Assembly (NCBI GenBank): GCA_038134595.1
Contig: JAYPVM010000003.1
Coordinates: forward strand, 74,131-138,130
Length of the DNA stretch: 64,000 nt
Direction of reading: 5' to 3'
Origin: Pseudomonadota bacterium
Lineage (GTDB): Bacteria > Bdellovibrionota_C > UBA2361 > OMII01
The notes under the pieces were generated by a model. It did no database searches, was not told the DNA's origin, and saw only the letters and a list, made by a program, of their open reading frames with translations. The position numbers and the translations under genes were made by a program. Shown here piece by piece: positions 27,894 through 37,282 of the stretch (the first letter of the stretch is position 1; each line of letters opens with the position of its first letter).

Positions 27894-29159
27894 ATGACAC
27901 CGGCCTCGCCTCGTCTATGTTTTGTCGTTCCCCGTTTTTTTGAGGGATTAGCGGGCGGTGCAGAGACATTACTCAGTAATTTGGCTGTTCAAGCTGCAAG
28001 CCGCGGCTGTAATGTCGAGTTACTAGCGACTTGTGCGAGAGATAATCGTACATGGGAAAATGTTTTTTCTCCCGGTGAAGAGCGCTACAAAGGGGTTCGG
28101 TTGCATCGGTTTCCAGTCGATTCTCGGAACTTGGATGAATGGATACCGATTCAATCTGCCATTCATGATGGACAAAGTGTGCCGTATGATGATCAGTTGC
28201 GTTGGATGCAGGAAAGCGTTAACTCGAGGGCGATGTATCAATACATCGCAGAGAATCAAAGCCGCTTTGATGCGATTATACTTGGTCCGTATTTGTTCGG
28301 CACTACCTTTTGGGGATCTCAGATAGCCCCACACAAAAGTATTTTAGTTCCATGTTTGCATGACGAACCGTACGCATATCTTGAGATCATAGCGACGATG
28401 TTTCGGTCGGTTAGCGGATGTATTTTTAACGCCTTACCGGAACAGCAGTTGGCTTGTGCTTTATACGGAAGTGTAGACGGTGGAGTGGTAGGTATGGGTT
28501 TTGAACCTTTGCCTGATCAGACTGGTATTGCTAGCCGGTATTTTGAAAACGATTTTCCATATGTGCTGTATTTGGGGAGGAAAGAAACGGGCAAGAATGT
28601 ACATTTGCTTGTGGATTATTTTTGCGAAGGCAAGGACAGAGGAGTGATTCCAGATTCTTGCAAGCTTGTTGTGCTCGGGGGTGGTAGTTTTGATGATTTA
28701 CATCGGCAAGATGCACTGAGCCGGAGTGATGTTATTGACTTGCCACATGTGTCAGAGGAAGAAAAGGAGCGGATTATCGCTGGAGCACTCTGTATGTGTC
28801 AGCCTTCGTGTAATGAATCGTTTTCCATCGTTTTGATGGAGTCATGGCAGAAACGAGTGCCGGTTGTAGTGCATGCTGAGTGCCCCGTTACGAGGTCTCA
28901 TGTTGAGGAATCCGCGGGAGGATTGTATTTTGGATCGCCTTTTGAGTTTGCTGGCGTAGTGACGTATCTACTTGAGCGCTCTCAAGAGAGGCGTGTGATG
29001 GGAGATGCTGGATTTCGTTACGTCAAAGACCGATATTCTTGGGATAGTGTAATGGAGCGATTTTCAGACACGCTTTGTGACTTGATTCCGTCGTTGGCAG
29101 TATCTAACAGGCAATGCAAGCAAACCAATGGTTGTGATCGCGGGAACTCTCTCCCATAA
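27894..29159 (+). CDS. Glycosyltransferase family 4
   Basis: FVVPRF....GGAE, YLGR...KNV and ESFSIVLMESW. Confidence 0.9.
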   Translation: MTPASPRLCFVVPRFFEGLAGGAETLLSNLAVQAASRGCNVELLATCARDNRTWENVFSPGEERYKGVRLHRFPVDSRNLDEWIPIQSAIHDGQSVPYDDQLRWMQESVNSRAMYQYIAENQSRFDAIILGPYLFGTTFWGSQIAPHKSILVPCLHDEPYAYLEIIATMFRSVSGCIFNALPEQQLACALYGSVDGGVVGMGFEPLPDQTGIASRYFENDFPYVLYLGRKETGKNVHLLVDYFCEGKDRGVIPDSCKLVVLGGGSFDDLHRQDALSRSDVIDLPHVSEEEKERIIAGALCMCQPSCNESFSIVLMESWQKRVPVVVHAECPVTRSHVEESAGGLYFGSPFEFAGVVTYLLERSQERRVMGDAGFRYVKDRYSWDSVMERFSDTLCDLIPSLAVSNRQCKQTNGCDRGNSLP

Positions 29160-29212
29160 ATGTATCGAGTCAGAGTTGCTCGTGTTCCCTCTTTATGATA
29201 CATCCTCTCAGA

Positions 29213-29307
29213 TAACCCCGGGGGAGGTGCGAAAAGCACCTGAGACGCCGTTAACTATCGGCGAAACCCTTTGAACCTGAATCGGATAATGCCGTCGTAG
29301 GGAGAGG
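29213..29307 (+). ncRNA. TPP (thiamine pyrophosphate) riboswitch
   Basis: GGGG-AGGTGC...GCACC-TGAGA, hairpin CGCCG/CGGCG, and ACCCTTTGAACCTGAATCGGATAATGCCGTCGTAGGGA, directly before the RBS and ATG of a TonB-dependent receptor. Confidence 0.95.
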
Positions 29308-29311
29308 AACA

Positions 29312-31468
29312 ATGATGTACTGTACAAATGCGGTCGCCAAGTCTTTGGTCGCCAAGTCTTTCCGGCTTTTTTTCTTTTGTCTCTCGTTAACAATTCTATT
29401 AATCGGGGCAGTTCTCCTCTGTCCGCCTGATGTTTTCTCGCAGGAGAGCGCAGATTTGCCAGCAACCACTGATCTCTTTATCAGAGGAGTCCCGTTTGCA
29501 TCTAGGAATAGTGAAGTTCCGTTCAGTACGACTGTGGTTGGTGAGCAACGTTTACAAGAGAAAGGGGAGACTTCTTTCGAATACGAGATGGAAGCGATTC
29601 CGAATCTGACATGGTCATCGGGCACTTCTAGACCGCGATTTTTTCTTATAAGAGGAGTGGGTGAGTTAGAGCAATACGAAGGCGCGCCCAATCCGTCGGT
29701 TGCTACAATAGTCGATGGCATCGACTTTAGTGGATTAGGAATAACGATACCATTGTTTGACATTGAAGATGTTGAAGTTCTTCGGGGTCCACAGGGTATA
29801 TTGTTTGGCTCTAGTGCACTAGCAGGGGCAATCTCGGTCGATTCCAATGCTCCAACTTCGTATCGGAGTGGAAATGCTCAGGTGATTGTGGGTAATGACG
29901 ATTTATACTCGGGCGGCTTTGCTGTAGGGGGCGCTATTCCTGGCACTGACAAGCGGTTTCAGATGCGAGTGTCTGCATTTTCGTCGCGCCGTAATGGCTT
30001 TAGGGATAATGCTTTCCTAGGCGTTGATGATACTAACAGGCGTGAGGAATCTATTGTCCGACTGAAGGGACGATATCAGCCATCTGGCCGACTTACCGTA
30101 GATGTCACGGCGTGGCAGTCGGATTTTAACAACGGCTATGATGCGTTTGCGATTGATAACTCATTTACTACGCAATCAGATAGGCCGGGCGTGGATAAAA
30201 CATTTGTTCAAGCGGCAAGCGTACGAGTCAATTCGAAGCTCAGTCGGGGTGTGGTGTCAGAATCCATGACATCAATAGCTCGGACGGCAATCGATTACAG
30301 TTTTGATGGAGATTGGGGTAATGAGCGGCTATGGGATCCGTACAATCCGTATGATTATTTCTCCGATTCGTTTCGAGCTCGCAAAGTTATTGGACAAGAA
30401 CTTAGATTGGCCTCTGATGATGACCTCTATGTGCATGGAAGTGATTCGCGTTGGTTAACCGGTGCTTTCTTGCAGGATCTCGGTGAGGGGGTATCCATTG
30501 ATCAGTATTTTGAGGAAGATGTCTATGATGCTCTGACGAGCACGTATCGCGCGAGAACCGCTGCTGTTTTTGGTCAATTTGAGGCTCCCCTTGGCCATGG
30601 AAGGTCTTTATCAATTGGCTCAAGATTTGAACAGCGAAATACAAGATATTTTGATTCTCGTTTAGCTAATTTCTCTCCTACGTTTTCAATGGTCGGTGGT
30701 GTGGTGACGTATCAACACGAAATTACAAAATTGGCTCGCGGATATATGACTGTATCGCGGGGGTATAAAGGAGGGGGGGTTAATACCGGAGTGCAAGTAC
30801 CCGAAGAAAGGCGACAGTATAATCCTGAGTACCTGTGGAATGCCGAAGTTGGGATTAAGGGAAGCTTTTTTGAGGATGTCGTCAAGGCTAATATTTCTGT
30901 GTTTCACAATGAACGTCGTTCTCAGCAATTGAAGTTTGCGATTCAAAACGACCCAACTGATCCCTTAGCGTTCACGTATATCACGGAAAGTGTAGCGAAT
31001 GGTCGCAGTACCGGGCTTGAGCTAGATTCAACGGTGGCGCTGGGGGAGAATTGCGATTTTTTTCTTGCCGGTGGAATCATGGAATCAGAATTGATTTCCG
31101 TTCCGGATGAGAGTGTCAGTCTGGCGGGACGAGCCTTCTCAGTGGCACCATCATGGCAGTATTCTACCGGATTGCGCTTTTCTTTCTCGCGTGGGCTCTT
31201 CTCTCGGATAGAAGTTACGGGTAAAGATTCTTTTTATTTCGATGATAGCCATAACCAGCATAGCAATCCCTATTCGCTGGTTAATATATCTACCGGATGG
31301 CGGCATGAGAGCTGGAGTATAGTGGCATGGAGTCGAAATATTTTTAATCAATCGTATGATACCCGAGGGTTCTTTTTTGGAAATGAGCCTCCTGATTATC
31401 CAACGCGCTTGTACGTACAGAGAGGTGATCCGCGCTCGTTCGGCATGACGGTAGCGTACAACTTTTAA
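29312..31468 (+). CDS. TonB-dependent receptor, probably for thiamine
   Basis: Plug motif IEDVEVLRGPQGILFG, SRGYKGGG, PE...NAEVG and C-terminal PRSFGMTVAYNF. Substrate inferred from the TPP riboswitch. Confidence 0.92.
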   Translation: MMYCTNAVAKSLVAKSFRLFFFCLSLTILLIGAVLLCPPDVFSQESADLPATTDLFIRGVPFASRNSEVPFSTTVVGEQRLQEKGETSFEYEMEAIPNLTWSSGTSRPRFFLIRGVGELEQYEGAPNPSVATIVDGIDFSGLGITIPLFDIEDVEVLRGPQGILFGSSALAGAISVDSNAPTSYRSGNAQVIVGNDDLYSGGFAVGGAIPGTDKRFQMRVSAFSSRRNGFRDNAFLGVDDTNRREESIVRLKGRYQPSGRLTVDVTAWQSDFNNGYDAFAIDNSFTTQSDRPGVDKTFVQAASVRVNSKLSRGVVSESMTSIARTAIDYSFDGDWGNERLWDPYNPYDYFSDSFRARKVIGQELRLASDDDLYVHGSDSRWLTGAFLQDLGEGVSIDQYFEEDVYDALTSTYRARTAAVFGQFEAPLGHGRSLSIGSRFEQRNTRYFDSRLANFSPTFSMVGGVVTYQHEITKLARGYMTVSRGYKGGGVNTGVQVPEERRQYNPEYLWNAEVGIKGSFFEDVVKANISVFHNERRSQQLKFAIQNDPTDPLAFTYITESVANGRSTGLELDSTVALGENCDFFLAGGIMESELISVPDESVSLAGRAFSVAPSWQYSTGLRFSFSRGLFSRIEVTGKDSFYFDDSHNQHSNPYSLVNISTGWRHESWSIVAWSRNIFNQSYDTRGFFFGNEPPDYPTRLYVQRGDPRSFGMTVAYNF
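29332..29361. repeat. Perfect 15-bp tandem duplication in the signal-peptide region
   Basis: GGTCGCCAAGTCTTT twice (VAKSL VAKSF). Confidence 0.9.
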
Positions 31469-31586
31469 AGAGTTCGTCTGTCTATTCTCCAATATGAGAT
31501 GAGTCATCTAGAGCACCTTAGTTGGCGGCTATAGTGGACTATCGAGGTTGTATGTCGATATGTGACGACACAGTTGCGTTGGAGGC

Positions 31587-31994
31587 GTGATGAGCGAAGA
31601 GAACCGAGAGGGCTTTGCTGTAGAGGTTGTTTTTAATGGCGTTAAGGAGTCAGAGGCGCTCCGTGCCAAGGGGGAGTCGTTACTGCAAAAGTTAATGCTG
31701 CAAAGGCCTCAGGTTATGTGGGCGCAGATGGTTCTTGAGTCAAACCACCGTCACCATCATCAGGGAAACTTGTTTCAAGCTCGTATACACGTGCACTGCG
31801 CAGGTCAGGATATTGATATTACGCGCGAGTCCGGACAGAACCACGCGCACGCAGACCCTTATGTAGCGATGCGAGATGCCTTTTATGCGGCTCGCCGCAA
31901 GCTCGATGAGTTTGGGACGCGAAGGAGTGGACAGCAAGCTCGGCATGAGCGAGTTCGGTATAATGGTAATCCGCGACATAATCCTCTGGACTAG
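31587..31994 (+). CDS. HPF/RaiA family ribosome-associated protein
   Basis: F.GV..SEAL, HRHHHQGNLFQARI and HADPYVAMRDAF.AARRKL. Confidence 0.8.
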   Translation: MMSEENREGFAVEVVFNGVKESEALRAKGESLLQKLMLQRPQVMWAQMVLESNHRHHHQGNLFQARIHVHCAGQDIDITRESGQNHAHADPYVAMRDAFYAARRKLDEFGTRRSGQQARHERVRYNGNPRHNPLD

Positions 31995-32585
31995 TTCGTG
32001 AGCCAAGACGTATCTTTGAGTGTATAGACGGGCACTAGGTCTCACTATCTCCTTTTGATAGGTTGTTTTTTGCTCTCTGTTAATGAGCATTTCAGTAATG
32101 CTTGTTTTTGATGTAAACCGCTTTCGTGATTGTGCCTGTTTCCAATGGAACATCGAACGCAGGTTAGTAGCGGCGAGTCTTTTCATCTGGGAGCTCCTCA
32201 ATAGCGTTTAGTGTTCTTAGGGTGTAACGTGACTTCTCTGTTGCCAAAGTTTGCGATTGCAAATTCTGACATTGACCGTTTCGATATGTCTGGTGTTATT
32301 TGCTTCCGCGGCGTATTTCGTGAATAGGCATCTACGGGGAATTCCTACACCATTATCTATTGTGGTGTGGTTTTTCTCCCTCTAATTGTATACTAGAGGG
32401 AGCTCTCTAATTGCGAAAATGCGTTTGCCCCGAAGTGTATCTTTATATTGAGAATAAGTAGCGGCGCTCCTGAGTGTCGAATCGAAAATTCTCTGCTTGT
32501 GCGAGAAGGTTCTTGTGATAGAGAGGTAGTTGAAGGAATACTTTTATAGATCATGCGTTGGAAGTTTTGATAGGAGGACGATACG

Positions 32586-33254
32586 ATGGAAGATAAGGTT
32601 TGGAAGCCTGGCGATCCAATAAATTCTCCAGTTGATGAAATGCAGTCTCTAGATCCATCTGTAATGGACGTGACATCAATATATAAATGTATGACGGGAA
32701 GCATTATCCCACGCCCAATAGCGTTTGTTTCGACAGTGAGTAAAAATGGAGCGATTAATGCAGCTCCATTTAGTTATTTTAATGCGGTAGCCAGTGCGCC
32801 GCCGACAGTCATTATCTCTATTACTTTTAAGTCTAATGGCGAAAAAAAGGACTCGCTCATAAATATTGAACGTACCGGAGAATTCGTTGTGAATACCGTT
32901 TCGGAATGGATGCTTGGGCCGATGAATCATTGTGCGGCAGAATATCCCTACGGTATTAGCGAGGTCGAGAAAGTTGGATTAACGACGTTGGTCTCGGATT
33001 TGATCGCACCCCCGCGGATCGCCCAATCCCCAGTTCAGTTTGAGTGCAGGCAACAGCAGCAAGTTCAAGTCGGGGACGGTTCACCTGGAAGTGCTGTTGT
33101 GGTATTTGGAGAGATCATAAGAATACATGTCTTTAAGAAAGCTTTTAGCAATGGAAAGTTGGATGCAAATCTTCTTAGACCAGTCGGTCGATTGGCGGGT
33201 GGACAGTACAGTCTTTTGGGGGATGTTCAAACGCTGAATAGACCGGTTTTGTAG
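32586..33254 (+). CDS. Flavin reductase-like (DIM6/NTAB) family protein
   Basis: PRPIAFVST, NAAPFSYFN, KDSL.NIERTGEFVVN, PPRI.QSP..FEC and RPVGRLAG. Confidence 0.9.
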   Translation: MEDKVWKPGDPINSPVDEMQSLDPSVMDVTSIYKCMTGSIIPRPIAFVSTVSKNGAINAAPFSYFNAVASAPPTVIISITFKSNGEKKDSLINIERTGEFVVNTVSEWMLGPMNHCAAEYPYGISEVEKVGLTTLVSDLIAPPRIAQSPVQFECRQQQQVQVGDGSPGSAVVVFGEIIRIHVFKKAFSNGKLDANLLRPVGRLAGGQYSLLGDVQTLNRPVL

Positions 33255-33255
33255 T

Positions 33256-33861
33256 ATGTCGATCGACTTTTGGGGGATTAAGACGTCGGGTCTAGAGATC
33301 GCTGGTGCGATTACAGCGCTCGTATATCTAGTGTTGATGGCGCATAAGTTTCGCCTTGCATGGGTGCTGTATATTGCAAGTTCATTTTTTTATGCAATCG
33401 TTTTCTGGCGGGAGAGTCTGTATGGAGATTCAGTATTGCAAGCGTTTTTCATTGCGGTGGGTTTCTATGGATGGCGAACCTGGTCGGGTTTAGCCCCCCA
33501 AGTCATCGTACTTAGGAGGATGTCCAGGAAAAACCATGTCCTTGGGATTGGTGGGATTGCTCTGCTTGCTTTGTCACTCGGTGGAGGACTGTATTTATAT
33601 ACCGATGCAGGCAGTTTTGCATTTCCGGATTCGTTTATCCTGGTAGGAAGTGTGATTGCAACATTCCTCACCATAGGAAGATATATTGAAAATTGGTGGT
33701 ATTGGATTGTCATAAATGCAACCACGGTATTTGTCTACTATTGCAAGGAAATGCCCCTTACGGTTTGTCTGGCCACGTTTTATTTCCTACTCTCGTTTTA
33801 TGGATTACGTGAGTGGTGGCGGGGAAGCGAGGTTAATTGCAGTGATCCGGTCTCGCGCTAA
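33256..33861 (+). CDS. pnuC: PnuC-family vitamin transporter
   Basis: Multi-TM protein with LYGD..LQ.FF....YGW..W, DSF, ENW.YWIV.N and YGL..W. Confidence 0.85.
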   Translation: MSIDFWGIKTSGLEIAGAITALVYLVLMAHKFRLAWVLYIASSFFYAIVFWRESLYGDSVLQAFFIAVGFYGWRTWSGLAPQVIVLRRMSRKNHVLGIGGIALLALSLGGGLYLYTDAGSFAFPDSFILVGSVIATFLTIGRYIENWWYWIVINATTVFVYYCKEMPLTVCLATFYFLLSFYGLREWWRGSEVNCSDPVSR

Positions 33862-34042
33862 GTTGGGGAGCGTTTCTTTTTGCTGGTACAACAGCGGGTT
33901 TTTAGTGTAGGTTTAAGGACGCCGCTTGCCGTGTGAAAAACTTTGGTGTTGGCAGAGTATCGGCGTGATAAATTTGTTAGATGTTTCGAGGCAGGAGTCT
34001 TTTCTAGGTTCTTGCGGTAATAGGATAACAGGAGCAAAGAAG

Positions 34043-34507
34043 ATGGTGAAGAGACAGAGTTTGATGTTAGGAATTGTAGTTGGGCTAATGGTGATAATCT
34101 CGTCTGGTTGCACGCCTGTCGGCGGAGGTGATCCGTATTATGGTGGGGCTAATTCCCCAAGGCCGCCCTACGGGTCCGGTCCCTATTACGGTCGTGGCGG
34201 TGGTTGGTATGACGCACAGCGGCAAGAGAAAAAGGAGCTTAAACGTGAGAGAAAGGAGTTGGAGAAAGAGAGGGAGAGGTTAGAGCGAGAGAGGAAACGA
34301 CAAATCTTCCCTAAAAGAACCCCGATCCCACGACCGACCGTCAAGCCTGTTGAAAGATGTCCAGCCGGATATAGTCCGAGCGAGCAAAAGTGTAGTGCAA
34401 AGGAGCGCACGCTAGGATGTAAGGATATGAGGCTTCCTGGAGGACTTGGCTGTGTTAATCGAAAGGCGATGAGACGCAAGGGAGTTCTGGGCGGCCGGGG
34501 TCGGTAA
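34043..34507 (+). CDS. Hypothetical lipoprotein (Gly/Tyr/Pro-rich, coiled coil, four-Cys C-terminal domain)
   Basis: Lipobox ISSGC after a hydrophobic stretch; GGAG RBS before ATG 34043. Confidence 0.65.
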   Translation: MVKRQSLMLGIVVGLMVIISSGCTPVGGGDPYYGGANSPRPPYGSGPYYGRGGGWYDAQRQEKKELKRERKELEKERERLERERKRQIFPKRTPIPRPTVKPVERCPAGYSPSEQKCSAKERTLGCKDMRLPGGLGCVNRKAMRRKGVLGGRGR

Positions 34508-34555
34508 AGATTGAGCCAATGGTAATTGCTGTTCCTCGCAAAGGCTTGCCCTTAG

Positions 34556-35275
34556 ATGACTTCATTGCAGTGCCATGGGGAAGAAGATTTGGGCCATGGA
34601 AAAGAATATTGGGAGAAGCGATTTCATGAAGGGGACACCCCCTGGGATTTGGGGGAGGCTACGCCGCTACTTCATGAAGCGCTTGAGTTCCTGCAATCCA
34701 TGCCCGGATATAGTTCTGAGCTAGGCTCGGTCAAGTCCGCCAACGTGTTGTGTGCTGGAGCGGGTAGGGGCTGGGATGCTCTTGAGCTGGTAAGGCATGG
34801 ATTTGATGTGGTGGCTGTTGAATGGGCAGGCTCTGCTGTCGATTCTTTGCGCAAGCGGCACCGGTCTTTGCGCGAGCGGCACCGGGCACTCGGTCCTAAT
34901 CTCAATGGCAGTCTATCGATAATAGAGGGTGATTTTTTTAAGATTGAAGCAGGTCAAGTTGATATTGCCTTCGAGCACACGTTTTTTTGTGCCCTTGACC
35001 CGGACTGCCGATCTAATTACGTAGACGTTATGTCGAGGTGGCTGAAGCCAAAGGGAGTGTTGCTCGGAAACTTTTTTATCGATTCTGGTGGTAATGGCGG
35101 TCAAAATGACAGATGTGAGCCCCCCTTTTTCATTACGAAAGAAGAGGTGCAGATGCTATTCGCTCATAAATTCAATATGTTGTCTCTAGTGCCTGCAGTA
35201 AAAAAGGGTGCGGGCCGTAGGGGGGATTTCGAGTGGTTAGGAGTATTTCAACGCCTTGATTCAGAACTAAGATAG
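34556..35275 (+). CDS. Thiopurine S-methyltransferase (TPMT)-family SAM methyltransferase
   Basis: YWEKRF..GDTPWDLG..TP, GAGRGWD, GDFF, EHTFFCAL and PPF. Confidence 0.88.
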   Translation: MTSLQCHGEEDLGHGKEYWEKRFHEGDTPWDLGEATPLLHEALEFLQSMPGYSSELGSVKSANVLCAGAGRGWDALELVRHGFDVVAVEWAGSAVDSLRKRHRSLRERHRALGPNLNGSLSIIEGDFFKIEAGQVDIAFEHTFFCALDPDCRSNYVDVMSRWLKPKGVLLGNFFIDSGGNGGQNDRCEPPFFITKEEVQMLFAHKFNMLSLVPAVKKGAGRRGDFEWLGVFQRLDSELR

Positions 35276-35589
35276 CCTCTTTTTCCTAGAAACGCGTTGG
35301 GAATAGTCGGAATTAAGGAATTTATTTGCTCCAAGGGTTGTAAAGGCCAGTGAATTATGTAGAATCTTGGCGTTTGTGACTCTCGTGCAAACGATAGTCA
35401 CGGTGTCGATATACACCGACATTGAAGTGCTAACTGAAGCTTTGAAGCGCCAGTTAGTGACGCCAAACGGAGGGTGTTTATCGGCGTTCTATTCGTCTGC
35501 TACGCTGTTATGCTGCTGGATCCGAGTCATGGAGCACGGCGGTGGGAATAGTGTGGGGCGAGCGTGCAAAGTAAAGTGGAGAAAGTGTT

Positions 35590-35706
35590 GTGAAGGTCCG
35601 AGCATCTGTGAAGCCAATTTGTGGCTACTGTAAGGTAATAAAGCGAAGGGGGAAGATTTTTGTCTTCTGTAGTCGTACACCCAAGCATAAGCAACGTCAG
35701 GGATAG
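35590..35706 (+). CDS. rpmJ: 50S ribosomal protein L36 (zinc-ribbon form)
   Basis: Not in the ORF track. GTG-started [38 protein letters not shown] with GGAG RBS, directly before rpsM. Confidence 0.97.
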   Translation: MKVRASVKPICGYCKVIKRRGKIFVFCSRTPKHKQRQG

Positions 35707-35727
35707 TTTTCTAGGAGTTTAAGAGGT

Positions 35728-36111
35728 ATGCCACGTATTGCAGGAGTAGATCTTCCGCGGAATAAGAGGATCATAAGAGGTTTGACCTATATTTTCGGTG
35801 TTGGTCTCACCAAGTCTCGTCAGATCCTTTCGGAAGCTGGGATTGAGGAGGAAGTTCGAACAGATGATCTAACAGAAGATCAGGTCGACAAGATTCGCAA
35901 GATTATTGAGCGTCGAGAGCGTGTTGAAGGTGATTTGCGTCGAGAAGTTCAGGGTAACCTAAAACGTCTGATGGACTTGGGTTGTTACCGAGGTTTGCGA
36001 CATAGGAAAGGATTACCGGCGCATGGTCAAAGAACTCGTACAAATGCAAGAACTCGGAAGGGGCCGCGTAAGGCGCCGGTTGCGGGTAAGAAGGCGGCAA
36101 CTAAGACCTAA
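35728..36111 (+). CDS. rpsM: 30S ribosomal protein S13
   Basis: [10 protein letters not shown] and [24 protein letters not shown]. Confidence 0.99.
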   Translation: MPRIAGVDLPRNKRIIRGLTYIFGVGLTKSRQILSEAGIEEEVRTDDLTEDQVDKIRKIIERRERVEGDLRREVQGNLKRLMDLGCYRGLRHRKGLPAHGQRTRTNARTRKGPRKAPVAGKKAATKT

Positions 36112-36152
36112 TGTTTTTAATGAAGATTGTACAAGCTTGTAAGGAGTAGTTT

Positions 36153-36554
36153 GTGGCAGAAGCACGTGGAGCTGCTGGAGCAGCTAAAAGAAAGAAGACA
36201 AAAAAGAATGTCCCGGTTGGTGTTGCGCATGTTCATGCGACGTTTAATAACACCATAGTTACTATAACAGATCCGGCGGGAAATGTGATTGCATCGTCGA
36301 GTGCAGGAGCTAATGGTTTCAAGGGTTCGAGGAAATCGACCCCGTTCGCCGCACAGGTTGCTGGTGATATCGCGGCCCGAAAGGCAAAGGAGGCTGGGGT
36401 GCGAACCGTTAGTGTTAAGATAAAAGGTCCGGGTTCAGGACGAGAGTCAGCGTTGAGGGCGCTACACCTAGCTGGATTGCAGGTGACCTTAATTAAGGAC
36501 ATAACGCCTGTTCCTCATAATGGGTGCCGAGCTCGTAAGAGTCGACGAGTATAG
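36153..36554 (+). CDS. rpsK: 30S ribosomal protein S11
   Basis: [26 protein letters not shown] and PHNGCR. Confidence 0.99.
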   Translation: MAEARGAAGAAKRKKTKKNVPVGVAHVHATFNNTIVTITDPAGNVIASSSAGANGFKGSRKSTPFAAQVAGDIAARKAKEAGVRTVSVKIKGPGSGRESALRALHLAGLQVTLIKDITPVPHNGCRARKSRRV

Positions 36555-36574
36555 TTTTAGGGAGAATCGAAGTC

Positions 36575-37201
36575 ATGGCTAGGTATTGTGGTGCAGTATG
36601 TCGTTTATGCCGAAGAGAGGGAGAGAAGCTCTTTCTGAAGGGCGAGCGGTGTTTTTCGGGGAAGTGCGCAGTTGAGAAGCGAGAGGGTGGACCAGGGCAA
36701 CATGGTCGTGGGCGTCAAGCATTTTCGACGTATAAGATCCAGTTGCGAGAGAAGCAGAAGGTTAAGCGCTCCTACGGGTTACTCGAGAAGAAGTTCCGAG
36801 ATACATTTGCTCGAGCAGCACGAACAAAGGGAGTTACTGGTACAGAGTTGTTGGTGTTATTGGAGCGACGTTTAGATAACGTGGTATACAAGGTCGGCTT
36901 GGGGTCGTCGCGGCAGCATGCCAGACAGTTTATCAACCACGGGCACGTTCTAGTGAATGGAAAGAAAGTGTCGATACCATCGTATGTAGTTTCAGCGGGT
37001 GACGTTGTAGAGGTTGTAGAGACAAGCAAGAAAAATCCTCTGGTGACCGCGGCAATGGAAGCGGCTAAGTCGAGGATTATTCCTGAATGGCTCACGCTCG
37101 ATCAGGACGGTGTGAGAGGTACAGTGAACTCACTCCCGACACGAGAGCAGATACCTCCTACATTCAGAGAACAGCTGATAGTAGAGTTGTATTCCAGATA
37201 A
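36575..37201 (+). CDS. rpsD: 30S ribosomal protein S4 (zinc-binding type)
   Basis: CRLCRREG, QLREKQK, LERRLDNVVY and IVELYSR. Confidence 0.99.
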   Translation: MARYCGAVCRLCRREGEKLFLKGERCFSGKCAVEKREGGPGQHGRGRQAFSTYKIQLREKQKVKRSYGLLEKKFRDTFARAARTKGVTGTELLVLLERRLDNVVYKVGLGSSRQHARQFINHGHVLVNGKKVSIPSYVVSAGDVVEVVETSKKNPLVTAAMEAAKSRIIPEWLTLDQDGVRGTVNSLPTREQIPPTFREQLIVELYSR

Positions 37202-37282
37202 AGAGTTTCCGCGTAATCTCTCTTCAATGGGGGAGATTATAGAGAGTTTAAGGCTAGAAACTGAAAATATAGGATTAGGTGC

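Noticed and set aside
31740..32704. Minus-strand ORFs 31740..32201 and 32393..32704
   Set aside because: They overlap better-supported plus-strand genes and have no motifs or clear RBS.
35367..35680. ORF-track entries 35367..35633 and 35489..35680
   Set aside because: They overlap rpmJ in other frames; the region is better explained as a structured leader plus rpmJ.
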